Assembly: GCA_021791445.1 (NCBI GenBank)
Contig: JAJYWO010000002.1
Coordinates: forward strand, 21,757-85,756
Source of the DNA: a bacterium
GTDB lineage: Bacteria > Patescibacteriota > Minisyncoccia > UBA6257 > UBA9933
Length of the DNA stretch: 64,000 nt
Direction of reading: 5' to 3'
Shown here: one piece after another, positions 26,471 to 34,981 of the stretch
Position numbering within the stretch: the stretch's first letter is position 1
Layout: each line of letters begins with the position of its first letter
Notes under the pieces: generated by a model
What the model saw: only the letters and a program-made list of their open reading frames with translations
The model's database searches: none
What the model was told of the DNA's origin: nothing
Position numbers and translations under genes: made by a program

Positions 26471-28277
26471 CTTGTTTTGGTTGATTATACATCGCCGCGC
26501 CGATTTTTTGAAGCTCCGCGGAAAGTTCGGCTGTTTTTGATTTAATCGCTTCCATATCTTGTCCGTCTTTGACTGATTTTAATTCCGTTATTTTAGCGTT
26601 CACCGCGTCTTTAACTTCTTGTGAAACTTTATCGCCGGCTTCGGTAACCGCTTTTTCAGCGGCGTAAACCGCCTGCTCCGCGATATTTTTCGCTTCAATT
26701 AATTCTTTCTTTTTCCTGTCTTCCTCGGCGTGCGCCGCGGCTTCTTGTTTCAATTTTTCTATTTCGTCTTTGGAAAGCTGGGTTGACGCTTCAATGCGCA
26801 CGGTTTGAGTTTTGTTTGTGGCTTTGTCTTTCGCCGAAACGCTCAAAATTCCGTTGGCGTCAATGTCAAAAACGACTTCCACTTGCGGGATGCCGCGGGG
26901 AGACGGCGGAATGCCGTCCAAAATAAATCTGCCCAGTGTTTTATTGTCAGTCGCCATCGCGCGCTCTCCTTGTAAAATATGGATTTCAACGGATGTCTGA
27001 TTATCCGCCGCGGTTGAAAAAACTTGCGATTTGGAAGTCGGAACAGTCGTATTTTTTTCAATCAACGGAGTGAATACTCCGCCGAGAGTTTCAATTCCGA
27101 GTGAAAGCGGAGTAACGTCAAGCAAGAGAATGTCTTTAACGTCGCCCTGGAAAATTCCGGCTTGCACTGCGGCTCCAGATGCCACAACTTCATCGGGATT
27201 GATTCCTTTATGCGGTTCTTTGTTGAAAAGTTTTTTAACCGCTTCCTGAATTGCCGGCATTCTGGTTTGTCCACCGACAAGAACAATTTCATTAATGTCG
27301 GAAATTTTAAATCCCGCGTCTTCTATGGCTTTTTTGGTCAAATCAATTGAATGATTAATGTCTTCGGCCACCAATTCTTCCAACTTGGCGCGCGTCATTT
27401 TTATAACGAAATGTTTCGGTCCGGACGCGTCGGAAGTGATGTACGGCAGATTGATTTCCGTTTCAAAAGCAGTTGAAAGTTCGTGTTTGGCGCGTTCCGC
27501 CGCTTCTTTCAATCTTTGCAGCGCCAATGGATCTTTGGAAATATCAATGCCTTCCTGTTTCTTGTATTCTTCAACCAAAAATTGGATTATCTTCTTGTCA
27601 AAATCGTCTCCGCCAAGATGAGTGTCGCCGCCCGTGCCTTTCACTTCAACCACATCGTCGCCGACTTCCAAAATGGAAATGTCAAAAGTTCCGCCGCCAA
27701 AATCGTAAACAACGATTTTTTCGTTTTTCTGGCGGTTTAAGCCGTAAGCCAGAGCCGCGGCCGTGGGTTCGTTGATGATTCTGCGGACTTTAAGGCCGGC
27801 TATTTCTCCGGCGTTTTTCGTGGCCTGCCTTTGAGAATCGTCAAAATACGCCGGAACCGTGATAACGGCTTCTTCTATTTTTTCTCCGGTTTTCGCCTCG
27901 GCGTCGGCTTTTAATTTCGCCAAAACCATGGCGGAGATTTCTTCCGGCTTATACCACTTGTCGCCCATTTTCACTTCAACGCCTCCGGTTGAAGATTTTT
28001 GAATGTCAAACGGAAACCACGCTTTGTCTCTTTGCACTTCCGCATCGTCAAAATTGCGGCCAATAAGGCGTTTTACCGAAAAAATCGTGTTTTTCGGATT
28101 AACGACTCCCTGGCGCTTCGCCAAGAGCCCAATCAATCGTTCGTTATTTTTGTTTAGCGCCGCAACTGACGGAGTGGTGCGATTGCCTTCGTAATTTTCC
28201 AGAATCTTCGGTTCGCCCGCTTCCACTATCGCCATCGCCGAATTTGTTGTTCCTAAATCTATACCTAAAATTTTCAT
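26442..28277 (-). CDS. dnaK: Chaperone DnaK (Hsp70)
   Basis: [18 protein letters not shown] and the Hsp70 signatures. Confidence 0.95.
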   Translation of the reverse strand: MKILGIDLGTTNSAMAIVEAGEPKILENYEGNRTTPSVAALNKNNERLIGLLAKRQGVVNPKNTIFSVKRLIGRNFDDAEVQRDKAWFPFDIQKSSTGGVEVKMGDKWYKPEEISAMVLAKLKADAEAKTGEKIEEAVITVPAYFDDSQRQATKNAGEIAGLKVRRIINEPTAAALAYGLNRQKNEKIVVYDFGGGTFDISILEVGDDVVEVKGTGGDTHLGGDDFDKKIIQFLVEEYKKQEGIDISKDPLALQRLKEAAERAKHELSTAFETEINLPYITSDASGPKHFVIKMTRAKLEELVAEDINHSIDLTKKAIEDAGFKISDINEIVLVGGQTRMPAIQEAVKKLFNKEPHKGINPDEVVASGAAVQAGIFQGDVKDILLLDVTPLSLGIETLGGVFTPLIEKNTTVPTSKSQVFSTAADNQTSVEIHILQGERAMATDNKTLGRFILDGIPPSPRGIPQVEVVFDIDANGILSVSAKDKATNKTQTVRIEASTQLSKDEIEKLKQEAAAHAEEDRKKKELIEAKNIAEQAVYAAEKAVTEAGDKVSQEVKDAVNAKITELKSVKDGQDMEAIKSKTAELSAELQKIGAAMYNQPKQDDSGQQQQQ

Positions 28278-28298
28278 AGTTTTATTTTTATTTTAATT

Positions 28299-28790
28299 TT
28301 ATTTACTTATTTTTACCCTTGCCGGCCTGACCAGTTTACCGTGCAATAAATATCCTCTTTCCACTTCTTCAACAATCGCGCCACTCGGCTTATCCGAATC
28401 AACGCTCACAATCGCTTCCTGTAAAGATGGGTCGAACGGCTGCCCGGTTGAAATAATAACTCGTTCCAAACCGTTTTGTTTAAGAATATCCTCCAATTGT
28501 GCCCTGATTAAATAAATACCCTTTTCCACTTTGCCTTCCTTTTCCAATGCCGCCAGAGCCAAATCAAAGCTGTCCAAAACCGTTATCAAATCTTTAATAA
28601 TCGCTTCTTGGGAAAATTTCGCCATCATTTCAAATCTTTTCATCTCGTCTTTCTTGTAATTTATCAAATCCGCTTTCGCCCGCTTCCATCCGTCAAGATA
28701 TTCATCGCGCTCTTTTTGGCATTTGTTTAATTCATTATTTTCTCCGTTTATTTCAGATTTTTGTTCGTCGTTTTTTTGAATATCGTCCAT
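28299..28790 (-). CDS. grpE: Nucleotide exchange factor GrpE
   Basis: GrpE coiled-coil plus a C-terminal beta domain. Positioned upstream of dnaK. Confidence 0.85.
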   Translation of the reverse strand: MDDIQKNDEQKSEINGENNELNKCQKERDEYLDGWKRAKADLINYKKDEMKRFEMMAKFSQEAIIKDLITVLDSFDLALAALEKEGKVEKGIYLIRAQLEDILKQNGLERVIISTGQPFDPSLQEAIVSVDSDKPSGAIVEEVERGYLLHGKLVRPARVKISK

Positions 28791-28864
28791 TGTATAATTA
28801 TAAATATGTTTTCATAAAATATTTATTTTCGACCATTCGCTTTATAAACATTTATCTTATAAAA

Positions 28865-28902
28865 TATAACATTTTATCTACGATCGCAAATAAAATGTTA
28901 TA
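28865..28902. promoter_or_regulatory. 38-bp palindromic operator TATAACATTTTATCTACGATCGCAAATAAAATGTTATA, about 75 nt upstream of grpE
   Basis: Inverted repeat seen in the sequence. It belongs to the four-member family, with the others at 28990, 29688 and 45311. Confidence 0.5.
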
Positions 28903-28989
28903 TTTTAATAATAATATCTATTTTTAATAAATCAATAGTAAATTATATAGATAAAATATAGTTAATTCAATTTTAGAATAAAAATAAAA

Positions 28990-29027
28990 TATAACAAATT
29001 GTTTACGATCGTAAGTAATTTGTTATA
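28990..29027. promoter_or_regulatory. Second palindromic operator TATAACAAATTGTTTACGATCGTAAGTAATTTGTTATA
   Basis: Inverted repeat with a central TTACGATCGTAA. Lies between the regulator stop and grpE. Confidence 0.5.
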
Positions 29028-29038
29028 CAATATTAAAA

Positions 29039-29662
29039 TTATTCTTCAAAATTTTTAAATTTTTCAAATATTCCGTCATCATCTATTTCTCCAATAGTAA
29101 TCATTCTAATACATTGATAGAGATTTTTCCTTAAAATATCCTCATAAACATCTTCTTCAATGGGTCGCTTTCCCATAAAAACACTTCTCTGTATTGGTTG
29201 ATAATTTATTGACAATAATTGAAATCTTAACCAGTCGCGTTCTTTTCTTTTCTTCTCGGGGATATCAAACATCACCATTCTCCATTTACCGTCCCATGTT
29301 TCCCGCTCCGGTTTATTTTCTTTGTTCTTTAAAAAATCGATTATTTTCAAGCCGGCCGAAGTAATATGATATTTCCTGCCTTTTTTCGTTATCAATCCTT
29401 TTTGCTGAAGCCGCCACAGCGTTGTTCGCGCGCTGTTTTTTCTCATATTTTGCAGTTCGTCGTAATAATCCCAAAAATTCCCGAGATTTGCCATTTTGCC
29501 GTAGCTTCTTCCCAAACTATGTCCGCCGGTTTCCAAAATTTCCGAAAGCGCGGCTGTTCCCCTTTCCGCCAGTCCGAAAATCAGGGCCAAGCCGGCCATA
29601 CTGACATTAATCGGCAATTCTTCAACGGTTTTTTTTAGTTGTTTTTTATTTATGCCGGACAT
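29039..29662 (-). CDS. PaaX-like transcriptional regulator (N-terminal wHTH plus PaaX_C-like domain), in the position usually held by hrcA
   Basis: The wHTH region reads LGRSYGKMANLGNFWDYYDELQ...TTLWRLQQKGLI. The C-terminal WDGKWRMVMFDIPE..R..R..LR..L...QRSVFM matches the PaaX C-domain pattern. Confidence 0.55.
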   Translation of the reverse strand: MSGINKKQLKKTVEELPINVSMAGLALIFGLAERGTAALSEILETGGHSLGRSYGKMANLGNFWDYYDELQNMRKNSARTTLWRLQQKGLITKKGRKYHITSAGLKIIDFLKNKENKPERETWDGKWRMVMFDIPEKKRKERDWLRFQLLSINYQPIQRSVFMGKRPIEEDVYEDILRKNLYQCIRMITIGEIDDDGIFEKFKNFEE

Positions 29663-29687
29663 TTATTATTTTTTATTCCGCATTAAA

Positions 29688-29731
29688 AAGTATAACATCT
29701 TACTGCCGATCGGCAATGAAATGTTATACTT
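29688..29731. promoter_or_regulatory. Palindromic operator AAGTATAACATCTTACTGCCGATCGGCAATGAAATGTTATACTT, 26 nt upstream of the regulator gene and divergent from cysS
   Basis: Near-perfect 44-bp palindrome of the same family. Confidence 0.5.
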
Positions 29732-29803
29732 TTTGTATTTTATTAATATCCTTGGAGTTGTCAATAGTTGCGCATAAAGAGGAAATTTAATAGAATTAAC
29801 GCA

Positions 29804-31165
29804 ATGATTAATCTTTATAATACTCTCGCCCGGAAAAAACAGACCTTTAAACCGTTAAGGGGCAAAAATGTCGGAATTTACACTTGCGGACCCACAGTTT
29901 ACAATTTCGCCCATCTTGGAAATTTAAGAACTTATATTTTTGAGGATATTTTGAGGCGCGTTTTAAAATATAACAGCTATAAAGTTAAGCAAATAATGAA
30001 TATAACCGATGTGGAAGATAAAATCATCAAAAAAGCCCAGCAAGAAAAAAAGAATATCAACCAAATTACCAAACCTTACGCGAAAATTTTTCTTGAAGAT
30101 TTGAAGAAATTGAGCATTGAAAAAGCGGAAAAATATCCGCTGGCGACGAAACACATTAAAGAAATGATCGCTTTAATAAGCGGCTTAATAAAAAAAGGCA
30201 TTGCTTATAAAGGAGAAGACGGCTCAATATATTTCAACATTCAAAAATTCAAGAATTACGGCAAACTCTCGCAACTCCAAAAAAGAGAAATTAAAATCGG
30301 CGCAAGAGTGAGCGCTGACGAATACAACAAAGAACAAGCGCAGGATTTTGTTTTATGGAAAACGAAAAAACTAAATGAGCCGTTTTGGAAAAGTCCGTTC
30401 GGCGACGGCCGGCCGGGTTGGCATATTGAATGTTCGGCAATGGCGATGAAATATCTCGGCAAGACCTTTGACATTCACGCCGGCGGCGTTGATTTGATAT
30501 TCCCCCATCATGAAAACGAAATCGCTCAGTCCGAAGCCGCGACCGGAAAAAAATTCGTCAATTACTGGCTGCACGGAGAGCATCTTTTGGTCAATAACGA
30601 AAAAATGTCAAAATCTCTTGGCAATATTTATACTTTGCGCGATTTAGAGCAAAAAAATTTCAATCCCCTTGCCTTTCGCTATCTTGTTTTGACTTCCCAT
30701 TACCGCTCAAAATTGAATTTTACTTGGGAAAGTTTGCAGGCGGCGCAAAATGCGCTAAACAATTTACATAATGAAATGATAATAATTAACGCCGATAAAA
30801 AATCAGCATCAATCAGTGAAAATCAGCGTAAATTAGCGTATGAAAAACAATTTTTAGATGCGATTAATGACGACTTAAACACGCCAAAAGCCATAGCTTT
30901 GGTACGGAAAATTGTTAAAGATAAAAATCTTTCTTCAAACGCCAAAAAAAGCCTTGTTTTAAAACTTGATAAAGCGCTTGGATTGGGGTTGAAAAACGTA
31001 AAATCTGAGAAAATTCCGCTTAAAATCAAACAAATGGCGGATGAACGGGATAAATTAAGAGCAAATAAACAGTTTATCCCCGCCGACCTCTTGCGAAAAA
31101 AAATAGAAGAATTAGGATACATTGTAGAAGACACCGCCGCAGGGCCAAAAATTTTAAGAAAATAA
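29804..31165 (+). CDS. cysS: Cysteinyl-tRNA synthetase
   Basis: MINLYNTL..R start, HLGNLRTY (HIGH) and KMSKS. The ATG at 29804 is preferred over 29768. Confidence 0.9.
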   Translation: MINLYNTLARKKQTFKPLRGKNVGIYTCGPTVYNFAHLGNLRTYIFEDILRRVLKYNSYKVKQIMNITDVEDKIIKKAQQEKKNINQITKPYAKIFLEDLKKLSIEKAEKYPLATKHIKEMIALISGLIKKGIAYKGEDGSIYFNIQKFKNYGKLSQLQKREIKIGARVSADEYNKEQAQDFVLWKTKKLNEPFWKSPFGDGRPGWHIECSAMAMKYLGKTFDIHAGGVDLIFPHHENEIAQSEAATGKKFVNYWLHGEHLLVNNEKMSKSLGNIYTLRDLEQKNFNPLAFRYLVLTSHYRSKLNFTWESLQAAQNALNNLHNEMIIINADKKSASISENQRKLAYEKQFLDAINDDLNTPKAIALVRKIVKDKNLSSNAKKSLVLKLDKALGLGLKNVKSEKIPLKIKQMADERDKLRANKQFIPADLLRKKIEELGYIVEDTAAGPKILRK

Positions 31166-32497
31166 ATGAACATCAAATTGCCTCCGCAAGACATAGAAGC
31201 CGAGCGTTCCGTGTTGGGAGCGCTCATGCTGGACAAAAACGCCATCATCAGAGTGGCGGATTTAATCACAGCCGAAGATTTCTACCAGCCATCGCATTCA
31301 AAAATTTTTAAAGTCATTTCCGATCTTTTTAATAAAAACGAGCCGGTTGATATTTTAAGCGTTACCAACAAATTAAAAGATGGAAAACAATTAGCGGATA
31401 TCGGCGGTTCAAGTTATCTGACGGAGATTGTGAGCGGCGTTCCGACCGCGAGCCATATCGCCCATTACGCGAAAATAATCCGCGACAAAAAAGTTTTGCG
31501 CGAATTGATTACAACTTCTTCTGAAATCGCGGAAAGGGTTTTTGATAGCCAAAAAGATTCCGAAAATCTGCTTGATGAGATAGAACAAAGAATTTTTTCC
31601 ATCGCCCAAAAATCAAATCCGAAAAATTTCATCCACCTAAAAGACGAACTTAAAGACGCTTATGAAAGAATTGAAAAACTGCATCAGGGAGAGAAAGGAT
31701 TGCGCGGCGTGACAACCGGCTTCAGCGAAATAGACCATTATCTTTCCGGACTTCAAAAATCCGATTTGGTGATTCTCGGCGCCAGACCGTCGGTCGGAAA
31801 AACGACTTTTGTCCTTGATATCGCCCGCAACGCGGCCGCGGCCGGACACGCCACGGCAATATTCTCCCTTGAAATGTCCCGCGAACAGATTGTTGACAGA
31901 TTTATTTCATCAGAAGCCAAAGTGCCTTTGTGGCGGCTTAGAACGGGTCGCTTGACTGACGAAATAGACTTCCAGATGATTCAAGAGGCGTTAGACAAAT
32001 TGTCGCAACTGCCGATTTTTATTGACGACACGCCGTCGCCGAATATTCTGCAAATACGAGCAATGGCAAGGCGTTTGCAAGCGGAAAACCCGAATCTCGG
32101 ACTCATTGTTATTGACTATGTCCAACTTGTTATGCCGCGGACCAATTCGGAAAATATGGTTCAGCAATTTACGGAAATCAGCCATGGATTAAAAGCGCTG
32201 GCGAGAGAGCTTAATCTGCCGGTTTTGGCGGTTTCCCAGCTTAACCGCGCTGTTGACCAAAGAGAAGTGAAAATCCCCCGTTTGTCCGACCTTCGCGAAA
32301 CCGGATCTTGGGAACAGGACGCGGATGTTGTGATGTTTATTTACCGTAAAGACCGCGATAAGCTCAATCCCACGCTTGAAGAACAAAATATGGCGGAAAT
32401 TATCATTGCCAAACACAGAAACGGGCCGATTGGTTCGGTGCAGCTGAAATTTGACCCGGAAAAAGTGAGCTTCAGCCAGATAGATAAGCTGCATTAG
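31166..32497 (+). CDS. dnaB: Replicative DNA helicase DnaB
   Basis: N-terminal DnaB domain and Walker A GARPSVGKTTF. Confidence 0.9.
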   Translation: MNIKLPPQDIEAERSVLGALMLDKNAIIRVADLITAEDFYQPSHSKIFKVISDLFNKNEPVDILSVTNKLKDGKQLADIGGSSYLTEIVSGVPTASHIAHYAKIIRDKKVLRELITTSSEIAERVFDSQKDSENLLDEIEQRIFSIAQKSNPKNFIHLKDELKDAYERIEKLHQGEKGLRGVTTGFSEIDHYLSGLQKSDLVILGARPSVGKTTFVLDIARNAAAAGHATAIFSLEMSREQIVDRFISSEAKVPLWRLRTGRLTDEIDFQMIQEALDKLSQLPIFIDDTPSPNILQIRAMARRLQAENPNLGLIVIDYVQLVMPRTNSENMVQQFTEISHGLKALARELNLPVLAVSQLNRAVDQREVKIPRLSDLRETGSWEQDADVVMFIYRKDRDKLNPTLEEQNMAEIIIAKHRNGPIGSVQLKFDPEKVSFSQIDKLH

Positions 32498-32503
32498 CTG
32501 CGC

Positions 32504-32574
32504 TAGCTTCATTAGCTTCGTTAGGTTAAAATTATTTTTCTAAAAGCTAAGGAAGCTAAAAGCTAATGAAGCTA
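32504..32574 (+). promoter_or_regulatory. 15-bp perfect inverted repeat (TAGCTTCATTAGCTT/AAGCTAATGAAGCTA) whose 3' arm contains the recR start codon
   Basis: Seen in the sequence. The arms are 41 nt apart. Additional AGCTAA repeats lie between them. Confidence 0.35.
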
Positions 32575-33207
32575 AAAGTTAAATTGTTGCCTCAATCAAT
32601 TAAAAATTTTATAGACGCTTTCTCGGGTTTGCCGGGAATCGGGCCGCGCCAGGCAACGCGGTTGGCTTTTAAATTGGTGGCCGGCGGAAAAAATAAAATT
32701 GAAGAATTAAGCAGGGCGGTTAGTGAACTAAAAAATCTCAAACTTTGCTCGCAATGCTTTTTTATTCATTCCAATTTTGAAAGTCTTTGCGATATTTGCA
32801 AAAATCCGAACCGCCGAAAAGACATTATAATGATTGTTGAGAAAGAAACCGATGTGATTTCATTGGAACGGCCGAAAAAAATCAACGGCCGCTATCTTGT
32901 TTTAGGAGAATTGGATAAAGCCGGAATTTTGGAAAGCGGGCAAAAACTGCGCTTGAACAATTTGAAAACTTTTATCACTAAGGAATTGGCGGACCCTTCG
33001 GCAGGCTCAGGGCAAGGCAAGGCCGAAGAAATTATAATTGCCACCAATCCCACGACTTACGGCGATTTAAACGCTTCCATCATCGCCAAAGAACTGACGG
33101 GATTCGCCAAAAAAATAACCCGTCTCGGCCGCGGCATCCCGACCGGCGGAGAAATAGAATTCGCGGATGAGGATACTTTAGGAGCGGCGTTGGAGAGAAG
33201 GAATTAA
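32566..33207 (+). CDS. recR: Recombination protein RecR
   Basis: C4 zinc finger CSQC...CDIC plus a Toprim domain. Confidence 0.9.
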   Translation: MKLKVKLLPQSIKNFIDAFSGLPGIGPRQATRLAFKLVAGGKNKIEELSRAVSELKNLKLCSQCFFIHSNFESLCDICKNPNRRKDIIMIVEKETDVISLERPKKINGRYLVLGELDKAGILESGQKLRLNNLKTFITKELADPSAGSGQGKAEEIIIATNPTTYGDLNASIIAKELTGFAKKITRLGRGIPTGGEIEFADEDTLGAALERRN

Positions 33208-33231
33208 AAAAAACCGTCGAAAAGGCGTTTT

Positions 33232-33534
33232 TTACGCGATTTCCACTTCTGTGAACGGCTGTTTGTGGCCTTTTTTCTTGCGATAACGAGTTTTGGAATG
33301 GTATTTGAAGACGATTTTTTTCTTGTCTCTCGCCTGCCTTAATACTTTGGCTTCAACTTTCGCGCCTTCAACATAGGGCGTTCCAATTTTAACGCTATCG
33401 CCGTCAGCCGCGAGCAAAACCTTGTCAAAAACAACTTTGCCGTCTTTTTCAGCGTCCAATTTCTCTATTTTTAATTTTTGGCCGGAAGAAACTTTATATT
33501 GTTTGCCTCCGGTTTGGATGATTGTGAATTCCAT
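33232..33534 (-). CDS. rplU: Ribosomal protein L21
   Basis: MEFTIIQTGGKQYKV. Confidence 0.9.
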   Translation of the reverse strand: MEFTIIQTGGKQYKVSSGQKLKIEKLDAEKDGKVVFDKVLLAADGDSVKIGTPYVEGAKVEAKVLRQARDKKKIVFKYHSKTRYRKKKGHKQPFTEVEIA

Positions 33535-33535
33535 A

Positions 33536-33880
33536 TTAATTAACGGAAATAATAACCGATATCGCTATTAAAATCAAGATGCTGATTACTAAACTGCCAA
33601 AACTAAAAAGATAAGAGAGAAAACGCTGGCGATTATAAAGAAAATCCGCCAGAAAAAAATTCATCAAAATAATGACAAAAGCGGAGAATAAAATGCCGAA
33701 AATATCCGTTTTCCCGCCGAAAAAATCAATTCCTTTGTACGCGTCAAAATGGATAACCAACGGCGAGGGCGTATTTTGCAGCTTCATAAACGCCACAAAA
33801 GATAAAAAAAACAGCGTCAAGAAACTCAACACAAAAACAACTCTTAGATATTTGTCTTTTAATGTGGAATAAAAAAGCAT
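33536..33880 (-). CDS. Hypothetical membrane protein (114 aa)
   Basis: Three hydrophobic helices. Abuts rplU. Confidence 0.4.
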   Translation of the reverse strand: MLFYSTLKDKYLRVVFVLSFLTLFFLSFVAFMKLQNTPSPLVIHFDAYKGIDFFGGKTDIFGILFSAFVIILMNFFLADFLYNRQRFLSYLFSFGSLVISILILIAISVIISVN

Positions 33881-33890
33881 TTATAAAATG

Positions 33891-33962
33891 TGTCCCCACG
33901 AGGAATCGAACCTCGATCTTGGGTTCCGCAAACCCACACTCTATCCATTGAGCTATGAGGAC
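33891..33962 (-). tRNA. tRNA-Arg(GCG), an unusual anticodon
   Basis: Hand-folded. Anticodon stem TGGGT/ACCCA with loop TTGCGGA. Confidence 0.7.
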
Positions 33963-33965
33963 AAA

Positions 33966-34535
33966 TTAAAATCTTATTAATTCCGAAAGCGAATCAGTCA
34001 AAGATTTCGGAAGTTCTTCCTGCGGAGCGAATTCCGCGATAAATCCCTTGATGGCCGGTTCGTCTTTTGGGTAAATGTTGATTTTCAAAAACGGAGATAT
34101 TTTGGCTTTCAGTTTAAGCACCAGTTTTTTATACTCCGCTTCTTCGCCATTCTCGTAGATTTCGGAATGAATGTCAAAGCTTTCCAGATTTTCCATCGGA
34201 TAAAATTTTCTTTTTTCACTGTTCGGCAAACCGATGAATATCCCCTTCTCGTTGATTTTAATTTCCCAAATCGGCGGAAAGCGATTGGATAAATGGTTTA
34301 TTATAAAAAAAGCGATGACAACAAAAACGGCGAACAGAAAATTCTCCTGCCAGATGGAAAAAGCGAACAGGATTATCGCGACAATCAAACTCACCCAAAA
34401 CCACGAAACGTCCTTTGGCCGGTATTCGTATTCCGGAATCTGCCAGGAAATTTCTCCGGATTTTTCCTTCAAATGGCTTGCCCGCTCTTTTTCAATTCGT
34501 ATTGGTTTTTTGTTTCTTAAATCAATTACCGACAT
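33966..34535 (-). CDS. Hypothetical membrane protein. Start trimmed to MSVIDL so it does not overlap tRNA-Ser.
   Basis: Two TM helices then a soluble domain. The longer ORF start would lie inside the tRNA. Confidence 0.4.
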   Translation of the reverse strand: MSVIDLRNKKPIRIEKERASHLKEKSGEISWQIPEYEYRPKDVSWFWVSLIVAIILFAFSIWQENFLFAVFVVIAFFIINHLSNRFPPIWEIKINEKGIFIGLPNSEKRKFYPMENLESFDIHSEIYENGEEAEYKKLVLKLKAKISPFLKINIYPKDEPAIKGFIAEFAPQEELPKSLTDSLSELIRF

Positions 34536-34536
34536 T

Positions 34537-34623
34537 CGGAGAGGGTGGGATTCGAACCCACGGTTCGGTTTCCCGAACAACTTCTTAGCAGGAAGCTGCT
34601 TTCGACCGCTCAGCCACCTCTCC
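34537..34623 (-). tRNA. tRNA-Ser(GCT)
   Basis: Long variable arm. Anticodon loop CTGCTAA. Discriminator G. Confidence 0.85.
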
Positions 34624-34630
34624 AATATTG

Positions 34631-34873
34631 TTATTCTTGAAAAAGATATTTAATTCGTTCTCTTCCTTTCCCTGACTTCAAAAATAATTCTTCTCTTTTG
34701 GCATCTTTCTCTGAAATAAAAGCTTCATAATAAATTAATTCCCAAGGACCATTGTTTTTAGTAAAAATAGAATTGCCGGAATTATGTTCTCTGATTCTTC
34801 GTCTTAAATCATTAGTATAAGCCTTGTATAATTTATTATTTTTTAAACTTTTTAATATATAAACATAATACAT
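34631..34873 (-). CDS. Stand-alone GIY-YIG nuclease (80 aa), immediately upstream of tRNA-Ser
   Basis: YYVYIL...LYKAYTNDLRRRIREHN plus a conserved E and GRE. Confidence 0.75.
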   Translation of the reverse strand: MYYVYILKSLKNNKLYKAYTNDLRRRIREHNSGNSIFTKNNGPWELIYYEAFISEKDAKREELFLKSGKGRERIKYLFQE

Positions 34874-34883
34874 AAAAATTAAT

Positions 34884-34929
34884 ATTACTACTCTCAGCCC
34901 TAGGCTGATCCGCCTCGGGCGGAAGCCAC
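34884..34929 (-). repeat. tRNA-Ser 5'-like fragment (GGAGGCGTGGCT) interrupted by two hairpins, TCCGCC-CGA-GGCGGA and TCAGCC-TAG-GGCTGA, then GGCTGAGAG
   Basis: Minus-strand reading compared with tRNA-Ser GGAGAGGTGGCTGAGCGG. Same architecture as 23706-23756. Confidence 0.45.
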
Positions 34930-34981
34930 GCCTCCAAAAAATCCTTGTAATTATCGCAAATTTCTGATACTTTTACAAGAT

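Noticed and set aside
28791-29038. CIRCE/HrcA operator upstream of grpE
   Set aside because: No TTAGCACTC-N9-GAGTGCTAA-like sequence was seen. The palindromes present have different half-sites, TATAACA..TGTTATA.
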